Assembly: GCA_000002445.1 (NCBI GenBank)
Contig: CP000067.1
Location: forward strand, 704,001 to 768,000
Source of the DNA: Trypanosoma brucei
Taxonomy: Eukaryota
Reading direction: 5' to 3'
DNA length: 64,000 nucleotides
Position 1 is the first letter of the stretch, and each line of letters opens with the position of its first letter. A program made the translations under genes and the position numbers. Under the pieces are notes generated by a model. That model saw only the letters and a list, made by a program, of their open reading frames with translations, ran no database searches and was not told the origin of the DNA. Below, in pieces: positions 46,490 to 57,200 of the stretch.

Positions 46490-47239
46490 ATGCGTTGCCA
46501 TGTGATGGGGCCCAGCGGGCACAAGTCCGAGTACCACTGCGCCACGTTGCTGGGGAACTGGCAGGAAGAACGGCGGTCCTTCGGTTTCGTGGACCCTGCA
46601 CGTGAGCCCCTTAGCTACATGACGGTTTACAAGGACTCCTTCCGAGGCACGAAGACGGATGAAGAGCTGGCCAACGCGAAGCCACCAAGCTGTTTCCACG
46701 AAAACGCGCTACCGGAGCTTCTTTTTTACCATAACGAAATCACAAACCCGCCCAAGAACCTCCTTACTGTGAACGAACTAAGCTACACCAACGCCAAGGG
46801 AGGGGAGGAGGTGAATACTCTTCACGATATACTACACAAGGAAGGTGTCTCAAAGAAAAGGGACAAAACGATTGCCATCCGCCGTGAGCTGGGCTTCATT
46901 GGATACGGGGCACCCCATGAGGGCAGTTTGCTGGCGAGCAAAGGGGCGACGGCAACTCCTTTAGATTATACCATGCGGTGCGGCACAACCACAGATCAAA
47001 ACTTTCTTGAGAGCACGCGCGGTGGTTGTTACAAGCCACCAGTGATTCCCGCCATCGGTCGCATGCAAGAAAAGCAGCGACTCCTGACAACAAAGAACGT
47101 AACAGTAGACGCCACTGGAGAATATCTCAAGGACAATATTGACGAATATCCCGCCACAAGCAGTGAATGCTGGGGAATGTTCATGAAATTTACAGACAAT
47201 ATGAAGGGGAAGAAGCTGCGTGAGTGCTACGAAGATTAG
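46490..47239 (+). CDS. hypothetical protein (250 aa)
   Basis: A complex ORF. The start is trimmed to MRCHVMGPS at 46490; the upstream part of the track ORF crosses a stop-rich AT region. Confidence 0.45.
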   Translation: MRCHVMGPSGHKSEYHCATLLGNWQEERRSFGFVDPAREPLSYMTVYKDSFRGTKTDEELANAKPPSCFHENALPELLFYHNEITNPPKNLLTVNELSYTNAKGGEEVNTLHDILHKEGVSKKRDKTIAIRRELGFIGYGAPHEGSLLASKGATATPLDYTMRCGTTTDQNFLESTRGGCYKPPVIPAIGRMQEKQRLLTTKNVTVDATGEYLKDNIDEYPATSSECWGMFMKFTDNMKGKKLRECYED

Positions 47240-48533
47240 TTTCTTTAAGGTAAGTACCTACAGACGTATGAGACTTATGTATGTGTGTGCGTGTGTGTCT
47301 TTTTGCCGTTGTTGTGCGGGTCTGACAGGATGAACGCAAAGAAAATTGAATGTCACAAAAAAAATGTACAAATGAGAACAAGAGTGAGTTAGAGATAGAG
47401 GAGAAGATGAAAATGAAGAGGGAAGAAAAAAGAAAAAGGGTTAAATATGTGGGGTCACTTCGAGTCATCAAATGATTTCATTGCATATGCGTAAATGTAT
47501 TTGAAACAATGGATATGTCTGATGTCTTGGAGAAGCGTGTATGTGTACATATAGCACTCGTCCCATCTTCTACTCTGCGTTTATTTAACAGTTGTGTGCC
47601 CAAACCTGTTGCATCCAATATAGATAAAGACTCCCTTCCGGGTCGTCCTCACCCCGTATTGTAAACACCTGTCCACACAGATATAGGCTTAGACAACCAT
47701 GTATTTGCTTGCACAGCCAGCATCACATTGGTGGAGTAGCATGATGGTGACATGGCTACCGCGCTCCTCTGCATGTCGGTGTTAGAAGGCCGTGATATTT
47801 TTTGTCGTTTAGTTTCTACCTTTAATGTCCGACGACTCCTTCACCCCTACGGCGTCGTTGTGGCATTGTTAAGGTGTTTCCACGGTCCCTCGCATACATA
47901 CGCGTGCCCAAGAAACCAGGAAATGAGATGAAATGGCTTGTTGCATTCAACTGTTTGTTAGTTGAGGAGGGCTGTCTTAGTCACTCCGCGCCACAGGTAA
48001 TCAAAGAGGATGTTTCGGATCCTGCTTTGATATAACGTTGATTTAATAGTGGGTGCACTTATTGCTTAAAGTGTTCTGGGCCTGGGGAAAGGGAGGGGTA
48101 TGGTGTTGAATTGCCCCCACAGGTAAAAGATCTTTGGATGGTTTCTCATTCACCCGCAGCTGATTGTTTGGTGGCATGTACATCTGTATTTATTTAATGA
48201 TTTACGTATACGTATGCGCGGGCGAGTGCGGGGCCATGAGTGTTCAGCGCCAGCGATCTGACCTTGTTTGTGCGTTTTCACTACTCTTTTTGTTAGTACG
48301 TACTTCACTTTTGGTGCTCTCTTTTACAACGTGTCCTTCCCCCCCCCCGTCAGGAATCTACCCCGCTTTTTGTTAGAAAGATATTCCCGTTGAAGCACTC
48401 CGCACCTGTAACGGCAGCAGCAGACAAGTGGCACTGTATATCTGCGCTCCGAACTTAGCAACATCAAGAAAGGTGAAAAATAAAGAGGGAGGAGCTACAA
48501 AAAAGTGGGACACAAGTTCACTTGTTCTTATAG

Positions 48534-50579
48534 ATGCAAAGCACGAAAGGAACGACGTTGCCAAAGCAGCGGCCAGCCTCCACTGCACCGTTGGAGGCTA
48601 CGAAAACGCTTATGCCTCTTCATGAGCTGCCGTCGTTCCGTAGGGATTTATTGAGTCGGTCAGTGTTCGTCCTTGGCTTGCGAACCACGGCGGAGATGCG
48701 TGAACTCCTCTCACTCATGAAGAGGCACTGTGGCATCATCACAGGTGCGTTCCGCGTTGCCGATTTTGCCTCAGGTGGCATGTCTACAGGAGGGTCGATG
48801 GCCGTACAGGGGACGGCCGTGGACAGCCGCAGCGCTCTTAGTAACGCAGGAGGGTGTGTGGTTGTTTGCCTGACGTTCCGGACGGAGGAGGGTGCTCATC
48901 TTGCTCAGCGCATGGACAACACAGCCCTCGTCTATGGAAGCCGTTTTGTAGTGCTTCCAGCCACTCGCTTCCATCAAAACATCTCTCAGGTGTCCTCAAA
49001 GAAGCAAAGGAATATGCCCCAACACGAGCGACTCTGGCAGTTGCTTTTTTCCCCTACAGTGGGCGGCAGCAACATTGACTGGGCGGCTGCGGCGGGGGCC
49101 GTCAATCGGGGCGAGTTGTTGATGTTGCACCCCTCAGATTTACCTGTAGATGTTACAAGTGACGGTACGAGCAGCGGTGGTGGTGCGAGTGGTGCTGCCT
49201 ACATGAAGAGACAGGTTGATGGGGGAACTCATAGTACTGGCGACGACGACAAATTTCGGCTCTCACACTACCCCGCGGCTGCCGCGCCCGCTGACGACCT
49301 CAACGGCGCAAGAAACTTCTCAACAACACCAGCGACAACGACGGCCGTCACGGCGCCCGTCCCGCTGTACACACCCAGGGCTGCCGTGGACACTGAAAAC
49401 CTCGGTCGCTCCAATACACTCCAACAGCAGTACTATAACGACGTGTATGAGTCCTCACGCACGCCCTTCCTCTCGACGGTATCTGATATTGCCTCATCCA
49501 TACTCACATCTACGGGCAGTGGAAACACCGAATATATTCCGCGGGTGGGCCGCGCCGCCCAGCAAACTGACTTGTACGGTTCTCCGCCTCTTCGTCAGCG
49601 TGTTGAACCGTCTAGGGGTCAGCCCCTCGCTGAAAGAGTTACTGCCCACAGCCAACGTCTTACCGTTGAAGGGAATGAGACCGAATCCCGTACCAATAAC
49701 GTCACAACCAATTCGGTGTATATACCCAGGGTGCATTCGCTCGGTAGCCTTGTCATGGATGCCCTGCCCTTCGCTTCCTCACTCATTTCCACACTGCTGC
49801 GTGCAGTTTCTTCTCCGTCGCAACAGCATCTCACGGCAGATGCAACCGCCGGTTACGAGAGGATCAACGAGGGGGAGGCAGAAGAATCCAGAATCAGGGA
49901 AATGCTCGGCATGGGGGACTGGCGAGATGCGCGGGGTCGGAAACGCATGCGCCATGGGGAGGATGCGCGCGGGACGCCAGTTAGGTACATTAGCAGTAGG
50001 GGGAATGAAGTGGCAGGCACCACTGAGGAGAAGTTTTACAATTTCGAGGGTGGTTTCACCACCCTCAGCCCAGACGTACTAAACACTCGATTTTCCCCCT
50101 CGGGGATGGCGGCGGTGCCAATGACAGTTGCTGGAGGAGAAGCGGGGGGTGGGGTCACTGGTCCCATGGGGAGTTTTTATGCTGCTGGCAGACGCCATGG
50201 TGGGGGCCAAGATCTGCGCCGTTCACTGCTTCATGCAATGATGAGTGCCGCCTCCCTCCGTGCCCAAGGAAATGGCAGTGGCGTCGGTAATGACAATAGT
50301 GATTTGACGGCGTCGGCCGCTCGATCGGACTTACCTTTACCTCCCGTCCCGGACAATGCGAGTAATGAAGAAGTACGGGAGTATATTATGCGAAATGTTC
50401 GATTGCTTCCGGCAGAGGGACAGCGACAGCAACAAATGAGGTATGTTAGGGGGACGGATGTTGCTGCGGCGGCGGCGGCGGCGACCACCACTCCTGCTGG
50501 TGGTGGATCGTCATTTATTCCTTTCGTATCTGCAGTGAGTTCGTTATTTCGGCGGGTGAACTCCGTGTGGAGAGGCTGA
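48534..50579 (+). CDS. hypothetical Gly/Ala/Ser-rich protein with an N-terminal RRM-like segment
   Basis: An RNP2-like VFVLGL is followed by an RNP1-like GGCVVVCLTF and then …SRFVVLPA. The remainder is low-complexity G/A/S/T. An alternative start lies at 48612 (MPLHEL). Confidence 0.45.
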   Translation: MQSTKGTTLPKQRPASTAPLEATKTLMPLHELPSFRRDLLSRSVFVLGLRTTAEMRELLSLMKRHCGIITGAFRVADFASGGMSTGGSMAVQGTAVDSRSALSNAGGCVVVCLTFRTEEGAHLAQRMDNTALVYGSRFVVLPATRFHQNISQVSSKKQRNMPQHERLWQLLFSPTVGGSNIDWAAAAGAVNRGELLMLHPSDLPVDVTSDGTSSGGGASGAAYMKRQVDGGTHSTGDDDKFRLSHYPAAAAPADDLNGARNFSTTPATTTAVTAPVPLYTPRAAVDTENLGRSNTLQQQYYNDVYESSRTPFLSTVSDIASSILTSTGSGNTEYIPRVGRAAQQTDLYGSPPLRQRVEPSRGQPLAERVTAHSQRLTVEGNETESRTNNVTTNSVYIPRVHSLGSLVMDALPFASSLISTLLRAVSSPSQQHLTADATAGYERINEGEAEESRIREMLGMGDWRDARGRKRMRHGEDARGTPVRYISSRGNEVAGTTEEKFYNFEGGFTTLSPDVLNTRFSPSGMAAVPMTVAGGEAGGGVTGPMGSFYAAGRRHGGGQDLRRSLLHAMMSAASLRAQGNGSGVGNDNSDLTASAARSDLPLPPVPDNASNEEVREYIMRNVRLLPAEGQRQQQMRYVRGTDVAAAAAAATTTPAGGGSSFIPFVSAVSSLFRRVNSVWRG

Positions 50580-51226
50580 GCATTCCGTGAAGGCGGGTGT
50601 GCGACTTGCTGCCGTTGGTTTTGGTGGCCGACACCAAGACGGGTATGAAAGTAGAAAAACAGAAAAGAAGAGATGCTAGAATGAATAACGTGGCGTCACA
50701 CGGATATCTTAGCATTCCTTTGCAAACTTCTTCGACCAGAACAATTTCATGGCCGTGCGTTGGTCTTTCACAGGAACAGAAAACTTCCCCCCCCCCCCCT
50801 CTCTCCAATGCAAACAAAAAGAAAGAACACGCCTGGTTACTTTCTGCTAAAAGGTATGCACTTTCACCCGACATGGTGCCGAATCGCTCAATGGTCGCAC
50901 AGTAACCAAAAAAAAAAGGAAATCAATGCGTGAATGTCGGAAGGAAGCAAGGAGGTATTATGGCGTTTTTTTGTAATTTTTTTTTCTTTTCCTGCTCAAG
51001 AAGAGTCGTGGTGACCTTCCCAAGTGGCTGAGCAGTTTCCTCTCGACCATACCGCTTCAACATAACCCTCCGGGGGTGCAAATTGAGGAAACCTGCTGAG
51101 GAAAGAAGTGAAGAAGAGAGCCCTCTTGAGGAGTAATATCCGTGTCTACACCAACTTTCTTTTGCCTTTTATTTATTTTTTCCCCCTCCATTCTTTCACT
51201 TACTTTACTTTAGTCCGCCAGGGGGG

Positions 51227-52270
51227 ATGCGGCGTGGCGTCGGTGTCGCCCATGTACAGAAGTCGCGGGAGACGAAACGGCAAATGACCGACTTGGGCGC
51301 GCAGCTCACAGCAGAGCGAGCGGGACAAATTGCGGACCAACTGGAAAGCCTTGAAGAGCAGCTTCGTGTGCTCGCCCGAAAGCACAAAGATGAAATTAAA
51401 CGCGACCCCGTTGTGCGCGCTCGCTTTAAGCAGGTGTCAGACTCTCTTGGTGTGGATCTGATCTCCTCCAAAAAAAATGTTTTTGCTGGTTTGCTGGGGT
51501 TGGGTGATTTCTACTACGGTCTCGCGGGCAAGGTGGTAGAAGCGTGTATGAAGGAGCAAAAGTTCTTTGGATCATACGTTCCGCTGGCGCGGGTTGTGCA
51601 TGTTATGAACAAGCAATACGAGATGAGCGCGCAAGGTGGAAAACGGTGCGTCATTTCGGAAGGAGATGTTCGCATGGCCCTCAGCAAATTGCACGTGTTG
51701 GGAGACGGCTACAACATCGTGAAGTTAGGGAGTGTGAATTACATTCAAACAACACCCGATGGAAGCCGTGGCGTTGATCATGTCCCAATTTTGGAATATG
51801 TTCTAGCCAAGCAAGAAAAGTTGGTTGCGAACTACCGGGCAGCGCACCGCAAGAGTAACTCGAGAGATGCGGTGAAACCGTTGGGGGGGCCCCTCAGGCA
51901 TGTGGGTGTGTCTTGTTTCCCATTGAAGGGAGGAAAAGAATTGGTCTGCAGCGACGCAGTTGGGAAGTCATCTACCGCCGCGAAGGAAAACAACAGCAGC
52001 AGTGAAAGCAATGAAGACGTGCCGTTTGAGGTCGTGTGCGTCTCTGTCACTCATGATGAACTGGAAAAGCACCTCATGTGGCAGTCACATCGGGTTGAAG
52101 CGGCGCTGCAGTGTCTGGTGCGGAGTGGTTCGGTTTGGATTGAGAGCGTAAAAACATCGACTGAAGAGGTGCCCCCAACCACGTGGATTAGTTGGCCTAC
52201 AGCCAAAGGCAAAGTGGCGTCAGGCACAGAGACGATTTATTGGTTCGTTGGTGTCGCCTCTGGTAACTGA
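51227..52270 (+). CDS. VPS22: ESCRT-II subunit Vps22/SNF8 (EAP30 family) with a C-terminal extension
   Basis: MRRGVGVAHV…LGLGDFYYGLAGKVVEAC… aligns with the SNF8 N-terminus (MRRRGVGAGA…LGVGDFYYELGVQIIEVC). Two winged-helix-like regions follow. Confidence 0.85.
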   Translation: MRRGVGVAHVQKSRETKRQMTDLGAQLTAERAGQIADQLESLEEQLRVLARKHKDEIKRDPVVRARFKQVSDSLGVDLISSKKNVFAGLLGLGDFYYGLAGKVVEACMKEQKFFGSYVPLARVVHVMNKQYEMSAQGGKRCVISEGDVRMALSKLHVLGDGYNIVKLGSVNYIQTTPDGSRGVDHVPILEYVLAKQEKLVANYRAAHRKSNSRDAVKPLGGPLRHVGVSCFPLKGGKELVCSDAVGKSSTAAKENNSSSESNEDVPFEVVCVSVTHDELEKHLMWQSHRVEAALQCLVRSGSVWIESVKTSTEEVPPTTWISWPTAKGKVASGTETIYWFVGVASGN

Positions 52271-52687
52271 GTGTACCAGTGGGGGAACTACGCAAAGGCA
52301 AAATGCGCTCCGACAACAGGGTCAGTCGTGAGGGTGAGTTTCGGCTCGCCGTATTTTTTAATACGTTGTGAATGCTTCTTTTCTTTCTTTTTTCAGTCAT
52401 GTAGAATCCTCCTGCTGACTATCCTGAACCAACACCTGCGGGTGCTTTGTTCTCTCGCTCGTGGGCAAACGCAGGTTTTGCAGCTCTCATGGATTTCGTC
52501 ACTCCCGTACCCACCAACAGACACACACGCAAACACACACATCACTACAAATCATTACCCTTTTGAAAGAAGTGTCTCTTCACATCTGTTCGTTTCTTCA
52601 TGCAAGAAGCCGCCGGTTCCCTGCGATCCATACCTGCGGGGGCGTACATTGTCGTGTAGTGCAGTGTATTCGCCCTGTCCGTGCGAA

Positions 52688-53539
52688 ATGAACCGCCAGC
52701 AACGCCAGCCGCAAGGAGGTCTAACCTCTAGAAGCGTGAACCTGCCTCCGCGGTCGGCTAACTTAGCGAATAAAACATCAACCGTCACGAAACCGTCTGC
52801 ATCGCCACCGGCGTCAGCAACCTCACGGTCAAACCGTAAATCTGATCCAGCATCTAACGAAAAGGTAAGCGACTCTAAGCTAGAGTATGAAAACGCCTTA
52901 GCGCAGCTCCAGCTCATACAGCAGAAGCTGCGACAGCAGGCACTCACCGCCTGCCACCTGGAGCGTGAAGCACTGGAATTTTACTACTCACATGTCATTT
53001 GTTTTGAAGGGTACAGCGGCGAACCGATGCCCCAGCAGCAGAGCAGTTCACATCATTACTACTTCAATAGCACTATAGCGCGGGCGCGGCAGACGGACCG
53101 CGAACGGCGCGCAACTGAAGAGCAACAGCTGCAGCGGGAGAGATGTCGCGTGGAACAGCTCGAAGAGGAGCTCCGCAGTTCGGTGGTGATGAAACGATTA
53201 GAGGAGGAGCGCTGTGCCGTTCGTTCAGCGGAGGCTGAAAAGGAGGCTTTGGAACGGCAGCTCGCGCAAAAGCATGCAGAGCGCAACTCGCGTGAAGAGG
53301 AGCTGCAGAAGCAGCGAGAGAAACTACAGCAAATGCGGCGGGAATTCCTCGAGCGAGAGGCAGGGATTCGGCAGCTGGAAATAGGTAAGCGCAAACAGAT
53401 GGAGGACATGGAGACCATACGTCTGCAACTCAAAACACAGCGCGGTGAACTGGATTCAGCCCAAACGGAGCTGCAAAGAAGAGAGAAGGTAGTTGAAGAT
53501 CTGCAACAGACTATTGAGCGCCTCTCACGCAAAAAATAG
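52688..53539 (+). CDS. hypothetical coiled-coil protein
   Basis: The ORF-track start at 52271 merely abuts the VPS22 stop. The first ATG is at 52688 (MNRQQRQ), after a pyrimidine tract. The C-terminal roughly 200 aa is Glu/Arg/Gln-rich heptad coiled coil. Confidence 0.5.
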   Translation: MNRQQRQPQGGLTSRSVNLPPRSANLANKTSTVTKPSASPPASATSRSNRKSDPASNEKVSDSKLEYENALAQLQLIQQKLRQQALTACHLEREALEFYYSHVICFEGYSGEPMPQQQSSSHHYYFNSTIARARQTDRERRATEEQQLQRERCRVEQLEEELRSSVVMKRLEEERCAVRSAEAEKEALERQLAQKHAERNSREEELQKQREKLQQMRREFLEREAGIRQLEIGKRKQMEDMETIRLQLKTQRGELDSAQTELQRREKVVEDLQQTIERLSRKK

Positions 53540-54107
53540 GACCACCTTCCCGCATTTCAGGTGGACAGAAAGGGTTAAATGTCCATAGTTGTCCACGACA
53601 GACGTGCGCACGCATTCACAACCCCCTTTGCATGCCACACAACATGAAAAAAACGTGCTGCCGTTTTCAAGCAAAGAAAAGAAAAACGCTTGGGATTGCA
53701 AAGGCACAAAGAAAGTAGAGGGGGAGTTTCGTCCGTGACTCATCCCCACACACTCCCCCGCACACACTCATCGTTTCCAGCGCTTCTACATTCCCACGGC
53801 CCTTTATTCTTTTTCCATTTGTAAGAGTTTTTTTTTAAGGGTAGCGCTGGCGTTCGACTTCCTCCTCACTTCGTTTTGTTTTTACGTTGTATTCACACCA
53901 ATCCCACTCTCTCGTATCTGTAGACACCTTTAATGCAATGGACCGAGAAAAGCAGAACAAGGACAGCAGAACTCGTGGAACCCGTGACATTAGAGAAAGG
54001 TGGACAGAATGTTAGGCTTCAAGGCACTAGTGGCGTTAAGTTGGTGAGGTCGCACAACACCAACAAAAGGACTTATGAAAGAGAAATAAAATCCATGTTC
54101 TAAATTT

Positions 54108-54215
54108 TTGTCTGTGTTTGTTTTTCTCCCTCTTCCCCGCTTGTTATTGGTTAATTGGGCATTTTGGTGTTTCTGTTTAAATCGCTGTCATCTATTAATT
54201 TCTCCTCAACTTAAT
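54108..54215 (+). promoter_or_regulatory. polypyrimidine tract upstream of the 2092-aa ORF
   Basis: A T/C-rich run tgtctgtgtttgtttttctccctcttccccgcttgtt… lies upstream of the first ATG. Confidence 0.5.
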
Positions 54216-54291
54216 AGCCGCACGGTTGAAAGGATCTTTAAAACAAGGGAAAGGTGCACAGGGAGGAGAGAGCAGTGTGTACAGTTGGCAA

Positions 54292-57200
54292 ATGATGAAT
54301 CCGGAGGACGTTCTGCAGAGTATCGCAAATGTGTGCCGTACCGGCCACCTTGGAGACGCGGCGGCTGCAGGTATAAAGGCTTACATAGCAGCGCCATTCA
54401 AACACAGCAACACGAGTCATAGCTCTACCACTGTCACGAACTCTAGCACTATGGCTAACATCCCTCCCGCCAACGTCACTGCTGCTCCACCAACAGGTTT
54501 AGGAGGGGTTGGGGGTGGATTTACGACAAGCATCCAACAGCAACCATTCGCGTTATTGAACACAGTGAAGGACACCCAGGCGAGTCACGTGACTGCTACT
54601 GATGAACTGGACGAACAGGTGTCCAAGATTAAAAGTTTGATGAATCTTCTGTTGCTTTGTGGTGATCCCGAACGTTTTGGAAGTGTCACTTGTGTAATAG
54701 CCAGTATTGCCCCCACCGTCTCGTCAAACGTCGTGAACTTCATCAAAACTGAGATTTCACCGACGTCGCTTTCCCTTATAGATCACGGCCCCGTTGCTTC
54801 CTCTCTCGCATCCAATGGGAAGTCTAACCCCGTGCTCCTTGCCGCACAGTGCCTCTTCCTGTTGACCCGCCATTTTCAAATGAACCCAGACGTTGTGCGA
54901 GGGATATGCGAGTTGTTGGAAATACTCCTGCAGGAGATGTCTTGCCACACGAACAGCAGTACAACCAGCGCGGCGTCGTTCCGGCAGCACCCTTCAACGC
55001 GGGGCTTGTGTGCGCTCACGTGGTTCGTGACCATGTCGTTGGTGAACACTCTCGCCGTATGGCAGAAGCTCCGTGGTGCCACCGGTGTCGCCCAAGAAAA
55101 TGCGTTGCTGGGCTCCAATATCGTTGCCGACATCGAAAAATGGGCAACTAATCTCCATGCAAGGCTCGAGCGCACGCAGGACACGGGGTTCTTATCTTCA
55201 AGTCTTCAGATGCGCAGAGGAATCAGCCAGCAGTACCAACACGATGAAGCGGCGTGGCGCGGTGGAAACGGGAAGCGGCCTCGGTGGCTGGTCATTGTGG
55301 ATGGATACATGAGCATTGTCTTGCTAGCACTCGGAATGTTTCTCTGCGGCAAAGGTGATGAGCGCGGACTTGACAAGGCAGTTGAGGCATTCGTTGGTGA
55401 CTGTGCGCATTCAACCGGTGCTGGGCGTCGTGGTAAAGTGATGAAGTACATTGTGGATTTAGCCCCACTGCAAGCCATGCTCGCTATTCCACTAGAGTGC
55501 ATCTACATTATTCCGTATGAAATGGCGGCATACATGTTTGACGAAATGCTCGTTGCGGTCAAGCATGTGGCGGACATTGACGTTAGTTCCTGTGTGCGGT
55601 ACTTAGAAGCACTGCAATCAAAAAGCGACGCATCTTATGCCATAAAGGGTGACGTTGCAGCAGCTGATGGTGGTTTACAACGTCCCGAGGCAAACAAGGC
55701 ACAAGCGGGGGAAGAACCCTTCATATCTGAAACGGCACACATACTTCGCGCCCTTACCATCTGCTTAGAAAACCTTCCATCAACGGTATTAAATCCTGAT
55801 ATTGATGTGGACTGCGCCGTTACGTTCTTCATATTTAAAAACTGTGTGACGCACATGCGAGCCATCTTCGAAACGCAGCGATCCAGTGGGGCATGGGAGG
55901 CCTACACATTGAAGGTGGTGACGCGGTTCTTAGACGTACTTGCAATGATTGGTAGGAACCCGCAGTATACGCAACGAGTGGTGGCGCTGTTCTCTGAAAT
56001 GCAAGTGAACTGTGCAGAACTCCAGTGGTCGTCCCTCATCGCCAAGGCGCAAGCGTGTGCAGGGGCGAGTGGTGATGCAGTTCCGTTGACGTTGTGCGAC
56101 AACGGGGGAAGCATGGCAGCCCTAAGGAAACCGTCGGTAAGTGGTGCGGCTGCTCCAGGACGACACAGACAGTTCACACCGGAGTATCTACAGGAAAAAC
56201 AACAAGAATTCGCCTCCAGTGTATTTGTGCTCCTGCGACAAATGGCAACGCATCCGCTTTTGAGCGAACAAGTGAGGCAACACACAACGCTTAACGTCGT
56301 ACTTGGATTCCTCCACGCTACCAAACTGTCACAGTTGGTCCTGGGGAGAGTGCTCTCGCTCATTGGCTCACTCATCACAAATCACGAAGAAGCGGCATGT
56401 GTTTGGACTTATCTGGAGGAGAGCCATCTCATCTGCAGCACTGAAAATGCGGCAGCGCAAACCAAGGGTGGGCAAGGATCTTCCACCGTCATGGGTAACA
56501 AACAGAGGCAGGGCGATAACGTCGCTGTGACGGTGGAGGCACGCTCCCTCCTGGGTCACTGTCAGTATGAGTGTCATCACGCAACATACAGCATCACCAT
56601 TGGGTTCCTTGACCTAATGTTGGCTATGTTTAAGTATCACCGACCCGACGTGACGTGCCTACCAACTTACGCAACGATTATTCGCTTTATTTCCGAGGAA
56701 ATCTTCCGAGGAGTTAGCAGGCGCTCCTTTTCATGTGAGAAGGAACGGTACATTGTAACTGCTTTAGCTGCCGTTGTGCTGAACCGTGCGCTCTCTTTGC
56801 ACCTCCCACTTCATGGGAAAAATAATGTTCCATCGTTTCAACTGGTTATGGCGTGCTCTAAGGCACCGGCAGATGTTCTTGGAGAGCTGCTTCATATCAT
56901 CGGAGAGGCGGCAGGAGCGCTCCACGAGATGGACAACTACCAGCGGGCGGCGGTTCGTCAATGTTTGGCTCTGTTGAGGACAGCCATTACAGTAAAGGAG
57001 GAGCAGAGACTAGACAATATATTCACTTTTGATGCAAGGACGCACAGCAGTAAAGAGTTCGCAGCTCAACTGCTACCGTTATGTGTCTCTTTTGACAGTC
57101 TTTTGGCCAATAAGGCATTGCAGGTACTACTGCTTCTGCCACACTCAACACTCAGCGAGGCGGCGAGGTACTGGGACGGTAGACCCGATGCGCTAGAGAC

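Noticed and set aside
52271-52687. 5' part of track ORF 52271..53539, which abuts the VPS22 stop codon
   Set aside because: The ORF finder ran through the spacer. That stretch translates pyrimidine-rich low-complexity DNA, and the first plausible ATG after a PPT is at 52688.
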